Origin: Clostridia bacterium
GTDB lineage: Bacteria > Bacillota > Clostridia > Oscillospirales > CAG-272
Direction: 5' to 3'
Assembly: GCA_017646745.1 (NCBI GenBank)
Contig: JAGCLY010000033.1
Coordinates: 274-64,273 of the forward strand
Length of the DNA: 64,000 nt
The notes beneath the pieces were generated by a model that worked only from the letters and a program-made list of their open reading frames with translations, was not told the origin of the DNA and did not search any database. Every line of letters starts with the position of its first letter. Position 1 is the stretch's first letter. Both the position numbers and the translations under genes were made by a program. Below, in pieces: positions 18,213-30,004 of this stretch.

Positions 18213-19370
18213 ATGAAAATCACGGTTTCAAAATCTACATTTGTAAATAAGCTTGCACCCGCTATGGGTACCGTATCCAATAAGGGTACGATTACCGCCA
18301 TCGAGGGTGTTCTCATCGAGACCCTTGACAACGAAAAAATCAGAATCTCTACATACGATATGACTAAGGGTGTAAGATCTACCTTTGACGCTATTTCGGT
18401 TGAGCGCGAGGGTAAGTATATCATTAATGCCCAGCGTCTGTATCAGACAATAAGAGTTATGCCCGAGGATGAGGTTGTTATCGAGGTTAACGACAGACTT
18501 AACTGCACTGTTTCCAGCGGCAAGGCATCCTTCTCTATGCTTGCAATGAAGGGTGACGAGTTCCCTAACCTTCCCGAGCTCTCCGGCGATCGCGGCTTCA
18601 GCATTTCGTCCGACAAGATCCGTCTTATGATCGGCAAGGTTGCTCACTCTATTGCAGAGATGGACAACAGACCCATGCTCTGCGGCGCATTCTTCAAGAT
18701 CACAAAGGACAACCTTGAGGTTGTTTCCTGCGACAGCTATACCCTTTCCCGCTGTTCTGTAAAGTGCGATATTACCTCTCTCTTTGCAGAAAACGATATT
18801 CAGTTCTCCTTCATCATTCCCGGTCATGCACTCAGCGAGCTCTCAAAGAACCTTGCAGAGGGTGAGGACGAGAACGTAGAGTTCTATATTTCGAGAAAGC
18901 ACGCTATTATCAAGAAGGGCGACAGCATCTTCTTCACCAGAACTATTGACAGCGAGTATATCGATTACAACAGAATTATTCCCAAGGATAACGATATTAT
19001 CGTTACGGTTGACAGAGAGAGATTTCTCGACGGACTTGAAAGAGCGAATATCGTTGCCGACGAGAAGATCAAGGGCAGCACCAAGAGCTACGTTAAGCTC
19101 ACCACCGACGATCAGTATATTACTATCACCTCTTCCTCTGTAAACGGACGTGTATCCGATGAGATGGATTGCGTGCACGAGGGCCGTGATATCGAAATCG
19201 GCTTTAACTGCCGTTATCTTATTAACAGCGTTAAGGTTGCAGAGGGACAGAATATTATGATTACCCTTAAGAGCCCCACTCAGGCTATTACCATTGAGCC
19301 TGCTGAGGACGACGAGAACTTCAATTACTTCTACATGATTCTTCCTGTAAGAATGAACGAGCAGAAATGA
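18213..19370 (+). CDS. dnaN: DNA polymerase III beta sliding clamp
   Basis: 385 aa. The position after dnaA, the length and the three-domain clamp-like sequence (MKITVSKSTFVNKL...LPVRMNE) support the call. Confidence 0.95.
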   Translation: MKITVSKSTFVNKLAPAMGTVSNKGTITAIEGVLIETLDNEKIRISTYDMTKGVRSTFDAISVEREGKYIINAQRLYQTIRVMPEDEVVIEVNDRLNCTVSSGKASFSMLAMKGDEFPNLPELSGDRGFSISSDKIRLMIGKVAHSIAEMDNRPMLCGAFFKITKDNLEVVSCDSYTLSRCSVKCDITSLFAENDIQFSFIIPGHALSELSKNLAEGEDENVEFYISRKHAIIKKGDSIFFTRTIDSEYIDYNRIIPKDNDIIVTVDRERFLDGLERANIVADEKIKGSTKSYVKLTTDDQYITITSSSVNGRVSDEMDCVHEGRDIEIGFNCRYLINSVKVAEGQNIMITLKSPTQAITIEPAEDDENFNYFYMILPVRMNEQK

Positions 19371-20473
19371 TTATAAAGAGATTCAAGGCGGAGAATTTTC
19401 GCAATATAGAAAAATGCGATATAGAATTCTCCCCCGGTGTGAATCTTTTGTACGGTAAAAACGCTCAGGGAAAGACCAACGTGGTGGAGGGGATATATTA
19501 CTTCTCACGTGGCAAATCCTTTCGTGGCAGAGAGGACAAGGAGCTTGTTCGCTTTGGCAGCGAGGGATTCCGTATTCATCTGGAATATCGGTCGGATATG
19601 GGAGATGAGAGTCTTGAATATGCCATGTTTGGCAAGGAGCGGCTCCGTAAAAAGAACGATTATAAAATAAGTAAGGTTACAGAGATGATAGGCAGCTTTA
19701 AGGCCGTGCTGTTTTATCCCGACGATCTTGGGCTTGTAAAGGATGGGCCCGAGGAGCGAAGAGGATTCTTAAACGTGGCGGCATCTGCTTGTTATGCTCC
19801 GTATATCAAATATTACTCAGATTACAAAAAGGCGCTGGAAAACCGCAACTGCATACTGAAAATGATGCAGAAGGGACTGCCGATAGATATGCGTGAGATC
19901 GAATCATGGTCGGACTCTATGGCCGAATATGCATCGCACATCTATCTGTTCCGTGAGGATTACGTAAGGCGGCTGACAAAATATGCCGGTGCGATATTAA
20001 AGGAGATTTCCGACGGCGGCGAGGAGCTCGGACTTAGCTACGAAAGCTCGGTTGCGCCCGGTATGACCGACAGGCAGGCGGTGAAGGAAGAGTACAGAAG
20101 AATTCTGACCTCCTCGCTCGACCGTGAGATTGCCGCAGGCGTTACGCTTTTTGGCCCGCACAGAGATGATCTGGAAATAAAGATCAACGGCAAGAGCGCA
20201 AGATCCTTTGCTTCCCAGGGACAGCAGAGATCTATAGTTCTGGCTCTCAAGCTCTCTGAGGGCGAGGTTATCAAGGAGATGTGCGGAGAATATCCGGTAT
20301 TTCTCTTTGACGATGTGCTTAGTGAGCTGGATGAAAGGCGCAGAAAATACGTTCTGTCCGAGATAGGTGAAAGGCAGATAATTATCACCTGCTGTGACAG
20401 AGGCGAATGCGTCGGATTTACCGATAACGAAATTGAGGTTTCGGGAGGAAGATATGTATCTTCATATAGGTAA
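19367..20473 (+). CDS. recF: DNA replication/repair protein RecF
   Basis: 368 aa with Walker A GKNAQGKTNVVE, signature FASQGQQRS and Walker B VFLFDDVLSELD. It overlaps dnaN by 4 nt. Confidence 0.95.
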   Translation: MIIKRFKAENFRNIEKCDIEFSPGVNLLYGKNAQGKTNVVEGIYYFSRGKSFRGREDKELVRFGSEGFRIHLEYRSDMGDESLEYAMFGKERLRKKNDYKISKVTEMIGSFKAVLFYPDDLGLVKDGPEERRGFLNVAASACYAPYIKYYSDYKKALENRNCILKMMQKGLPIDMREIESWSDSMAEYASHIYLFREDYVRRLTKYAGAILKEISDGGEELGLSYESSVAPGMTDRQAVKEEYRRILTSSLDREIAAGVTLFGPHRDDLEIKINGKSARSFASQGQQRSIVLALKLSEGEVIKEMCGEYPVFLFDDVLSELDERRRKYVLSEIGERQIIITCCDRGECVGFTDNEIEVSGGRYVSSYR

Positions 20474-20720
20474 TAAGCAAAGTGTAAAGAAAAAAGATAT
20501 AATAGGCATTTTTGATCTTGATACCTCTACGGTTACCAAGACCGGCAAGGATTTTATCAACGGTCTTGAGCGTGCAGGAAAAGTAGAATATGCCGACGAT
20601 GATCTGCCCAGATCCTTCGTGCTTGTGAGCGAGGGAGATGAATGCAGAGTAAAGCTGTCTAGAATATCCTCAAAGGGACTCCTTGCGAGAACAGAGGACG
20701 GCGGATATGATAAGGAATAA
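20454..20720 (+). CDS. remB: DUF370/RemB (YaaB)-like protein
   Basis: MYLHIGNKQSVKKKDIIGIFDLD... follows a GGGAGG RBS. It occupies the canonical slot between recF and gyrB. The ORF-track start at 20394 overlaps recF and is less likely. Confidence 0.75.
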   Translation: MYLHIGNKQSVKKKDIIGIFDLDTSTVTKTGKDFINGLERAGKVEYADDDLPRSFVLVSEGDECRVKLSRISSKGLLARTEDGGYDKE

Positions 20721-20724
20721 ATAA

Positions 20725-22686
<1,962 letters not shown>

Positions 22687-22698
22687 GGAGGGAATAAA

Positions 22699-25227
22699 AT
22701 GGAACACAGTTATAAAAGCACAGATATTGAATTCCCTCAGCAGCGCATTGAGCTGCGTGATATGGAAAAAGAGGTAAAGCAGTCCTTCATTGAGTATTCA
22801 ATGAGCGTTATTACCTCCAGAGCACTTCCCGACGTGCGTGACGGTATGAAGCCCGGTCAGAGAAGAATCCTCTACGCTATGTACGAGGATAATCTCACCC
22901 ACGATCGCCCCTTCAGAAAGTCTGCTACCACAGTAGGTAACGTGCTTGGTAGATACCATCCCCACGGTGACAGCGCCGTATACGGTACGATGGTAAGAAT
23001 GGCGCAGGACTTCTCGCTCCGTTATCCTCTTATTGAGGGTCACGGAAACTTCGGTAACGTTGACGGTGACGGCGCAGCTGCATACCGTTATACCGAGGCG
23101 AGAATGGCGAGAATTGCCAACTTCATGATGAGCGACATTGAGAAAAACGTCGTTCCCATGACAAGAAACTTCGATAACACAAGAGATGAGCCCACCGTAC
23201 TTCCCTCCAGACTTCCCAACCTGCTCGTTAACGGCTCGGTTGGTATTGCGGTTGGTATGGCGACCAACATCCCCCCTCATAATCTCACTGAGGTTATCGA
23301 CGGTATAGTTTACAGAATTGACAACCGTGAGTGCTCTGTTGACGACCTTATGATGTTTATCAAGGGTCCCGACTTCCCCACCGCCGCAGTTATCTATGGC
23401 TCCAGAGGTATCAGAGAGGCATACGAAACCGGTAAGGGTAAGGTTTACATCAGAGCAAGAGCGACTATAGAGGATGAACACAGAAGAATCATCTTTACCG
23501 AGATTCCTTACATGGTAAATAAGTCTATGCTTATCGAGAGCATGGCAAACCTGGTTAAGGAAAAGAAGATTGAGGGCATCACCGCCCTTCGTGACGAGTC
23601 GGGCAGAGGTGGTATGAGAATCGTTGTTGAGTACCGCAGAGATGCTAATGCAGAGGTTATTCTTAACCAGCTTTACAAGTACACTCAGCTTCAGGATACC
23701 TGCTCGGTAAATATGCTTGTTATAGACGGCGGAGAGCCTAAAACTCTTAATTTGCCTACTATACTTGACAAATATATTGATTTCCAGAAGGAAGTTATAG
23801 AAAAGAGAACGAGATTTGATCTCGATAAGGCACTTCGTGAGATACATATTCTTGAGGGTTACAGAATTGCTACCGAGAATATTGACGAGGTAATTAAGAT
23901 CATTAAGGGCTCGGCATCTATTCCCGATGCTAAGCTTCAGCTCTGCGAGCGATTTGGCCTTAGCGATGCACAGGCGCAGGCTATTGTAGAGATGACTCTC
24001 GGCAAGCTCTCCGGTCTTGAAAGACAGAAGGTTGAGGACAGAATTGCAAAGCTTGAGGTTCTTATCGCTGAGCTTCAGTCTATTCTCGACAGCGAGGAAA
24101 AGCTTGAGGGCATTCTTAAGGGCGAGCTTGAGGAAATCAAGAAAAAGTATGGCGACGAGCGTCGAAGCGAGCTTGTTGAGGCGACTGAGGAGATCGACCT
24201 TGAGGACCTCATTGAAAGACACACCTGTGTAATCACCGTTTCTCACTCCGGCTATATCAAGCGCCAGAGAGCAGACGTTTACTCTGCGCAGAACCGAGGC
24301 GGTAAGGGTATCGTCGGTATGACTACCAAGGAGGATGACTTTGTTGAGGACGTTATCGTTGCAAACAGCCATTCCTACCTGATGTTCTTTACCAACAAGG
24401 GCCGTGTATATGCAAAGAAGGCATACAGAATCCCCGAGGCGGGCAGAACTGCCAAGGGCACTAACCTTGTAAATATTATTGAGCTTATGGATGGTGAGCA
24501 GGTGACTGCGATTATTCCTATCACCGAATTCACCGAGGGCGAGTATCTTACCATGGTAACCAAGCTTGGTGTTATCAAGAGAACTCTGCTCTCTGAGTTT
24601 GAGTATCAGAGAAAGAGCGGTAAGATCGCAATCAATCTCGATGAGGATGATGAGCTTATCTTCGTAAGACATACCACAGGTGAGGAGTCGCTTATTCTCG
24701 CTACCAGAGAGGGTCTGGCTGTTAGATTCGACGAGAACAACGTTAGATCTATGGGACGTGGTGCAAGAGGTGTACGAGGCATCACTCTTCAGGGTGACGA
24801 CGTAGTTGTAGGCGTATGCGTAGTCGACGAGAGCAAGTCGCTGCTTACCGTAACCGAGAATGGTATGGGTAAGAGAACGCTCTTCTCCGACTTCCGTGAA
24901 ATGAAGCACCGTGGCGGTAAGGGTGTAACCTGCCAGAATATTAATGAAAAGACAGGTAAGCTTTCCGCAATCGTAACCGTTTCCGAGGATGACGATATAA
25001 TGCTTATTACTAACGAGGGTACTATTATCAGAACCAGCGTAAGCAGCGTTAATATCTACTCCAGAACCGCAACCGGTGTAATCCTTATGCGTCTTAACGA
25101 TGGATGCACGATAAACAACGTTGCCCGTCTTGAGAAGGCAGAGGAAATTGAAAAGCAGAGCGAAGAGGCAGAAAATGCCGAAAATACTCCTTCGGTAGCA
25201 GAAACCGAAATTAAGTCAGAGGAATAA
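22699..25227 (+). CDS. gyrA: DNA gyrase subunit A
   Basis: 842 aa containing [37 protein letters not shown], the active-site region [10 protein letters not shown], and a C-terminal beta-pinwheel. Confidence 0.97.
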   Translation: MEHSYKSTDIEFPQQRIELRDMEKEVKQSFIEYSMSVITSRALPDVRDGMKPGQRRILYAMYEDNLTHDRPFRKSATTVGNVLGRYHPHGDSAVYGTMVRMAQDFSLRYPLIEGHGNFGNVDGDGAAAYRYTEARMARIANFMMSDIEKNVVPMTRNFDNTRDEPTVLPSRLPNLLVNGSVGIAVGMATNIPPHNLTEVIDGIVYRIDNRECSVDDLMMFIKGPDFPTAAVIYGSRGIREAYETGKGKVYIRARATIEDEHRRIIFTEIPYMVNKSMLIESMANLVKEKKIEGITALRDESGRGGMRIVVEYRRDANAEVILNQLYKYTQLQDTCSVNMLVIDGGEPKTLNLPTILDKYIDFQKEVIEKRTRFDLDKALREIHILEGYRIATENIDEVIKIIKGSASIPDAKLQLCERFGLSDAQAQAIVEMTLGKLSGLERQKVEDRIAKLEVLIAELQSILDSEEKLEGILKGELEEIKKKYGDERRSELVEATEEIDLEDLIERHTCVITVSHSGYIKRQRADVYSAQNRGGKGIVGMTTKEDDFVEDVIVANSHSYLMFFTNKGRVYAKKAYRIPEAGRTAKGTNLVNIIELMDGEQVTAIIPITEFTEGEYLTMVTKLGVIKRTLLSEFEYQRKSGKIAINLDEDDELIFVRHTTGEESLILATREGLAVRFDENNVRSMGRGARGVRGITLQGDDVVVGVCVVDESKSLLTVTENGMGKRTLFSDFREMKHRGGKGVTCQNINEKTGKLSAIVTVSEDDDIMLITNEGTIIRTSVSSVNIYSRTATGVILMRLNDGCTINNVARLEKAEEIEKQSEEAENAENTPSVAETEIKSEE

Positions 25228-25307
25228 TCCTTCTGATAATAAAATGATTAATAAAATAAAATAAAAATAAATAAGACCGCATATAATGCGGCACAGGAGG
25301 ATTTACC

Positions 25308-25919
25308 ATGACATTCAAGGAAAAACTCGTTATTCTCAGAAAATCAAAGGGCCTTACTCAGGATGAGTTTGCAAGCGCAGTAGGCGTTTCCAGACAGGCA
25401 GTTTATAAGTGGGAGAGCGGTCAGTCTTATCCCGAGGTACCCAAGCTTCTTGAGATGAAGGTTCTCTTCACCATCTCTATTGATGAGCTTCTTGACGACA
25501 ATATTGAGATTCCCGTTCCCGAAAAGAAGAAGAGAAAGAGAGCAGCAAAGCAGGATACACCTAAGGTAGAAAAGGAAAGCAAGCCCGCACCTGTAGCTAA
25601 GCCTGCACCTAAGGCAGAGCCCGCACCTGTAGCTAAGCCTGCACCCAAGGCAGAGCCCGCACCTGTGGTTAAGCCTGCACCTAAGGCAGAGCCTGCTCCC
25701 GTAGTTAAGCCTGCACCTAAGGCAGAGCCCGCACCTGTAGTTAAGCCTGCACCCAAGGCAGAGCCCGCACCTGTAGCACAGCCTGCACCTAAGGCAGAGC
25801 CTGCAGTTGATACAGTCCCCTCCCCCATCATTCTCGAGGACATCGTTACCGAGGAAGAGACCAAGATTGAGAACGCTCCTAAGAAGGGCTTCTTCGACAG
25901 ACTTTTCGGAAGAAAGTAA
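25308..25919 (+). CDS. XRE-family HTH protein with Pro/Ala/Lys repeat linker and amphipathic C-terminus
   Basis: The N-terminal HTH_3 is LRKSKGLTQDEFASAVGVSRQAVYKWESG. It is followed by a KKKRKR patch, six KPAPKAEPAPVx repeats, and the tail KKGFFDRLFGRK. Confidence 0.8.
   Translation: MTFKEKLVILRKSKGLTQDEFASAVGVSRQAVYKWESGQSYPEVPKLLEMKVLFTISIDELLDDNIEIPVPEKKKRKRAAKQDTPKVEKESKPAPVAKPAPKAEPAPVAKPAPKAEPAPVVKPAPKAEPAPVVKPAPKAEPAPVVKPAPKAEPAPVAQPAPKAEPAVDTVPSPIILEDIVTEEETKIENAPKKGFFDRLFGRK
25584..25808 (+). repeat. Six tandem 36-bp in-frame coding repeats plus a partial seventh
   Basis: Units begin at 25584, 25620, 25656, 25692, 25728 and 25764. The consensus is cccgcacctgtagctaagcctgcacctaaggcagag, with only a few mostly synonymous differences. 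Confidence 0.9.
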
Positions 25920-26019
25920 TAAATACATATCTCTCATAAAAAAATATAGGCCTTCGTACACTATATGAATATATTTCTAAAATTCGTCTATAATGGTAAA
26001 AAAAGATTGACGGAGGCCT

Positions 26020-26304
26020 ATGGTGAGAGGATATCAGAAAAAGGTTATTTTTCTAAAGGACACGGGCAGTCACCTTTTTGACGAAGCATATTTTGTTGTC
26101 AGTCGCAGGGGTGAAGAGGCTCATATTGATCAGAGCGACATGGTTTTTGAGGCTAATCGTATTATTAAAGAGAGCCTTAAGGACAAAGAAATGCGGATAA
26201 GAGGGGAAGGAAATAGGTCACGAGGCTTTTTCGTTCCCTTCTTTCTCGGCGCATTTAGTACACTTTTATTTGCATTTGGAACCTATTTTATGTTTTTAAG
26301 ATAG
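26020..26304 (+). CDS. Small hypothetical protein with C-terminal TM
   Basis: 94 aa with a GGAGG RBS; the GTG at 26023 is an alternative start. The C-terminal TM is FFVPFFLGAFSTLLFAFGTYFMF. I recognise no motif. Confidence 0.5.
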   Translation: MVRGYQKKVIFLKDTGSHLFDEAYFVVSRRGEEAHIDQSDMVFEANRIIKESLKDKEMRIRGEGNRSRGFFVPFFLGAFSTLLFAFGTYFMFLR

Positions 26305-26350
26305 ATTTCCTATAAAATTACTTTGAAAATTATTAGCTAAAAGATATATT

Positions 26351-28036
26351 ATGAAAAAAGAAAACAAGAAGACAGCACGAGGTAAATTGCGCGTTATATC
26401 TCTCGGCGGACTTCAGGAGATCGGTAAAAATATGACCGTGTTGGAGTACGGAGATGATATGATCGTCATTGATGCCGGACTTGGATTCCCCGATGATGAG
26501 ATGCCGGGAATTGACCTAGTAATTCCCGATATTTCTTATCTTGTAAAAAACGCACACAAGATACGCGGTATCCTGATCACTCACGGTCACGAGGATCACA
26601 TCGGCGCAATTCCCTATGTTCTTCAACAGATAAACGTTCCTATATACGGAACACGTCTTTCCCTCGGTATCATTGAGGGGAAGCTTGATGAAAATCCCCC
26701 ACAATTCATACCTGAGCTGTATACCGTTGAGGCGGATGATGTGCTTGACCTCGGTGTATTCAAGGCCGAGTTTATCCATGTGAATCATTCTATTGCCGAT
26801 GCCTGCGCTATTTCTATCAAGACACCCGTGGGCGTGGTATTCCATACAGGAGATTTCAAACTGGACGTTTCACCTATTGACGGCAAGATTATGGATCTTA
26901 CCCGAATCGGCCAAATCGGCAAGGCCGGCGTTGAGCTTTTGCTCTGCGAATCCACCAATGCCGAGCGCGCAGGATTTACTGCCTCAGAGCGTACGGTGGG
27001 CTTCTCGCTGGAGCGTATTTTTGCACAGTATGAGGACAGAAGACTTATTATTGCGACCTTCTCCTCTAACGTTCATAGAGTACAGCAGATTATTAATGCC
27101 AGCCATAATCACGGCAGAAAGGTCGCTATTCTTGGACGCAGTATGATAAACGTTATTGGCGCTGCTGCCGAGCTGGGATATATTGATCTGCCCGACGGAG
27201 TTCTTATTGACGTCAGTGATATAAAGAGATATCGTCCGGAGGATCTGACGCTTATTACAACGGGTAGCCAGGGTGAGCCTATGTCTGCCCTCTACCGTAT
27301 TGCCTTCAGCGATCACGATAAGGTTAAAATTTCACCGAGGGACGTTGTTGTATTAAGCTCCAGTGCTATTCCCGGCAATGAGAGGCTGGTCGGCAAGATT
27401 ATTAACGCTCTCGTTAAAAACGGCGTTAAGGTAGTAAATGATTCTACCGAGGACGTTCACGTTTCGGGACACGCCTGCCGTGAGGAGCTTAAGCTTATGA
27501 TGGCGCTTCTTAAGCCCAAATATCTTATGCCCATACACGGAGAGTACAGACACCTGTATGCAAACAAGGATATAGGCGAATTTATGGGTATACCTGCCGA
27601 GAATATTTTTATTTCAGAGGTAGGTAGGGTGCTTGAAATAGACAAAAAGGGTGCCCGCTTTAACGGAAGTGAAATTGCGGGAAATGTTCTCGTTGACGGC
27701 AACGGTGTCGGTGATATAGGCAGCGTCGTTCTCCGTGACAGAAAACATCTGGCCGAGGACGGACTTGTAGTAGTGGTTGCCACCGTTGATATGGATAACA
27801 AGATGATTATTTCCGGCCCGGATATTGTTTCCCGTGGATTTGTTTACGTTAAGGAGTCCGAGGAGCTTATGAAGGAAGCACGCAGCATTGCTGAAAATTC
27901 TCTGTTAAGAGTAATGTCAAAGAGAATAAACGACCGTGTTTTCCTTAAGAACATCATTAAGGATGACCTTGCAAAATTTATTAATAAGGAGACTAAGCGC
28001 AAGCCGATGATTCTCCCGATTATTATGGATGTATGA
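26351..28036 (+). CDS. rnj: Ribonuclease J
   Basis: 561 aa with the beta-CASP/MBL motif ITHGHEDHIGA. ...LGGLQEIGKNM... and ...HVSGHA... are typical of RNase J. Confidence 0.93.
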   Translation: MKKENKKTARGKLRVISLGGLQEIGKNMTVLEYGDDMIVIDAGLGFPDDEMPGIDLVIPDISYLVKNAHKIRGILITHGHEDHIGAIPYVLQQINVPIYGTRLSLGIIEGKLDENPPQFIPELYTVEADDVLDLGVFKAEFIHVNHSIADACAISIKTPVGVVFHTGDFKLDVSPIDGKIMDLTRIGQIGKAGVELLLCESTNAERAGFTASERTVGFSLERIFAQYEDRRLIIATFSSNVHRVQQIINASHNHGRKVAILGRSMINVIGAAAELGYIDLPDGVLIDVSDIKRYRPEDLTLITTGSQGEPMSALYRIAFSDHDKVKISPRDVVVLSSSAIPGNERLVGKIINALVKNGVKVVNDSTEDVHVSGHACREELKLMMALLKPKYLMPIHGEYRHLYANKDIGEFMGIPAENIFISEVGRVLEIDKKGARFNGSEIAGNVLVDGNGVGDIGSVVLRDRKHLAEDGLVVVVATVDMDNKMIISGPDIVSRGFVYVKESEELMKEARSIAENSLLRVMSKRINDRVFLKNIIKDDLAKFINKETKRKPMILPIIMDV

Positions 28037-28725
28037 TTTATTGCATAATTACCGATACAAATAATGCTATAGATACAAATAAAAGGGACTGTCGTATTAT
28101 TCGACAGCCCCTGAACCTTTTGCCCGATGAAATAAAGAAATTTGTAGATGACACTAAGAATGCTTCTGTAAGAGCAGAACGCCTTTTTGCCTACACTTCC
28201 CTGCTATTGGGTCTTAAGGAATTTTTCGGTATTGATAATTGTTCGGTAAGAAAAAATAATGACGGCAAGCCCTATCTGTCAACTGTTGGCGGGTATCAGT
28301 ATGTTAAGGATGGCAAGGAGATACATATCAGCATCTCGCACAGCGAGGGATTGACTGCCGTCTGCATTTCTGATGAGAATGAGGTCGGTATTGATATTCA
28401 ATGCGAAATAGATGGGCAAAGGGCTAACCGCCTTGGCAAACGCTTTTTTGGCGACATACATCCAACCAGCGAGGAAGTTGAAGTTAAATATTTTATCTGT
28501 AATATTAATGATGATGAAGCGATGATTTACAGTACTTCCCTTCCCGATTCTTCGCTTGACAGCTTTACTGAAAAATGGACTTATTCAGAGTCGCTGATGA
28601 AGCTTAGTGGCGGGGGCTTTGGTGATCTCAGTAAAATACACGATATAGCAAAAATAAGTAAAACTCAGATAAAAAAATATCCCTCACAGGGTGGATGTTT
28701 TATTGCTATTAGCGTTAAAAGATGA
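28033..28725 (+). CDS. 4'-phosphopantetheinyl transferase (Sfp type)
   Basis: 230 aa containing GKPYL...ISISHSEGLTAVCIS...VGIDIQ and ...KWTYSESLMKL. It has an ATGA overlap with the rnj stop. Confidence 0.7.
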   Translation: MIYCIITDTNNAIDTNKRDCRIIRQPLNLLPDEIKKFVDDTKNASVRAERLFAYTSLLLGLKEFFGIDNCSVRKNNDGKPYLSTVGGYQYVKDGKEIHISISHSEGLTAVCISDENEVGIDIQCEIDGQRANRLGKRFFGDIHPTSEEVEVKYFICNINDDEAMIYSTSLPDSSLDSFTEKWTYSESLMKLSGGGFGDLSKIHDIAKISKTQIKKYPSQGGCFIAISVKR

Positions 28726-28746
28726 TAAATGTAAACTTTTATTAAC

Positions 28747-28787
28747 AAAAACAGGACTTGAGGCTTTAAAACTCAAGTCCTGTTTTT
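28747..28787. terminator. Bidirectional terminator (PPTase gene / parB)
   Basis: aaaacaggacttgag ... ctcaagtcctgtttt is a perfect 11+ bp stem flanked by A and T runs. Confidence 0.8.
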
Positions 28788-28792
28788 ATATA

Positions 28793-29686
28793 TCATATCT
28801 GGTCTAGAAAATCCTTACCGCAAAGGAGGGTGAGAATTTCATCAAGATCCTCGTTATCCTCATAGGAGAGGGTAATTGTTTTCTTTCTTCCCTTTCCGTC
28901 AATTCTTACCTTACGGCCCAGGTGGCTCTGTACCTTGATCTCAAGCTCGTGGAAGTAGTCAACGAGAGGAAGAACCTCATCCTCTTCTACAATAGGCTTC
29001 TGAGGCTTGTTTGCAAGCTTAACAAGTCCCTCGAGAACTCTTACAGAAAGCTCCTCCTCAACCGCCTTCTGTGCAAGGAGAATCATTGCATCCTTGTCAT
29101 GAACACCGAGGAGTGTTCGTGCGTGACCTGCGCTGAGCTCGCTTGAGGCCACCATAGTAAGAATTTCGTCAGGAAGATCAAGCAGACGAACCGAGTTTGC
29201 AATTGCACTTCTGCTCTTACCCACCTTCTGCGAAAGCTCCTCTTGGGTCATATCATACTCGTTTGCAAGCGAACGGTATGCCAGTGCCTCTTCAATGGGG
29301 TTAAGGTTCTCACGCTGAATGTTCTCAATAAGGGCGATCTGTGCAGCCTTCTTGTCATCTCTTTCAAGTACGATTGCGGGGATTTCGGTAAGACCGGCAA
29401 GCTTTGATGCTCTGAAGCGTCTCTCACCTGCAATGATTTGATATCTTCCCTCACCGTATTCACGGACGAGAATGGGCTGAAGCAGGCCGTTTTCGCTTAT
29501 AGATTCTGCCAACTGCTCAAGAGCCTCTTTATCAAAATGCTTTCTGGGCTGATCACGCTTAGGATCAACCAGGGATATTTTAAGCTTAGAAATTTTATCT
29601 TCGCTGTGTGTATTTTCCTCTACGAGAGTATTATCAAGGAAAATTGCGTCAAGACCTCTGCCGAGGCCGCTATTCTTCTTTGCCAT
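28793..29686 (-). CDS. parB: Chromosome partitioning protein ParB/Spo0J
   Basis: 297 aa with the arginine patch IIAGERRFRAS, LIENIQRENLNPIEEA, and the HTH MTQEELSQKVGKSRSAIANSVRLL. Confidence 0.93.
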   Translation of the reverse strand: MAKKNSGLGRGLDAIFLDNTLVEENTHSEDKISKLKISLVDPKRDQPRKHFDKEALEQLAESISENGLLQPILVREYGEGRYQIIAGERRFRASKLAGLTEIPAIVLERDDKKAAQIALIENIQRENLNPIEEALAYRSLANEYDMTQEELSQKVGKSRSAIANSVRLLDLPDEILTMVASSELSAGHARTLLGVHDKDAMILLAQKAVEEELSVRVLEGLVKLANKPQKPIVEEDEVLPLVDYFHELEIKVQSHLGRKVRIDGKGRKKTITLSYEDNEDLDEILTLLCGKDFLDQI

Positions 29687-29749
29687 AACTGACTCCTTAT
29701 AAATTATATTATATAACAGGATATATTTAACGGAAAAATGAATTTGGAA

Positions 29750-29996
29750 TGTTGAAAAGATAATAACATATACAAGACAGCTGAAAAAGCCTTATATATC
29801 AAGGGAAAACAGCTCTTTATATCCTGTCAGATTAGAATAAAATCACAGTAAAATAACAGCTTTTCAACATTTTGAATGTTAGGAATGTTGATAACTCTTG
29901 GTAAAATATGGTAAAATATGGTAAAATAAAGGGGTTTTACTATACTTTTCTGTCATAAAATAGTATTTTATGTATATATATAGCAAGTTATCAACA
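29750..29996. promoter_or_regulatory. Second cluster of TT(A/T)TCAACA boxes in the parB-parA spacer
   Basis: TGTTGAAAA at 29750-29758, TTTTCAACA at 29861-29869, TGTTGATAA at 29886-29894 and TTATCAACA at 29988-29996. These are the same 9-mers seen in the dnaA-dnaN spacer. Confidence 0.4.
29900..29929 (+). repeat. 3 x 10-bp tandem repeat (ggtaaaatat)
   Basis: ggtaaaatat ggtaaaatat ggtaaaataa was read directly. It overlaps a TTGATA-N18-(TGg)TAAAAT promoter-like arrangement on the plus strand. Confidence 0.85.
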
Positions 29997-30004
29997 TTTT
30001 GAGC

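Noticed and set aside
22798-24909. 703-aa minus-strand ORF inside gyrA
   Set aside because: It is exactly codon-aligned antisense to gyrA (offset 99 nt, divisible by 3), which is the same codon-bias artefact. It has no RBS or motif support.
25584-25808. Regular 36-bp direct repeats that might look like a CRISPR array
   Set aside because: The repeats are contiguous with no spacers, in frame, and inside an ORF encoding a KPAPKAEPAPV repeat. No cas genes are nearby.
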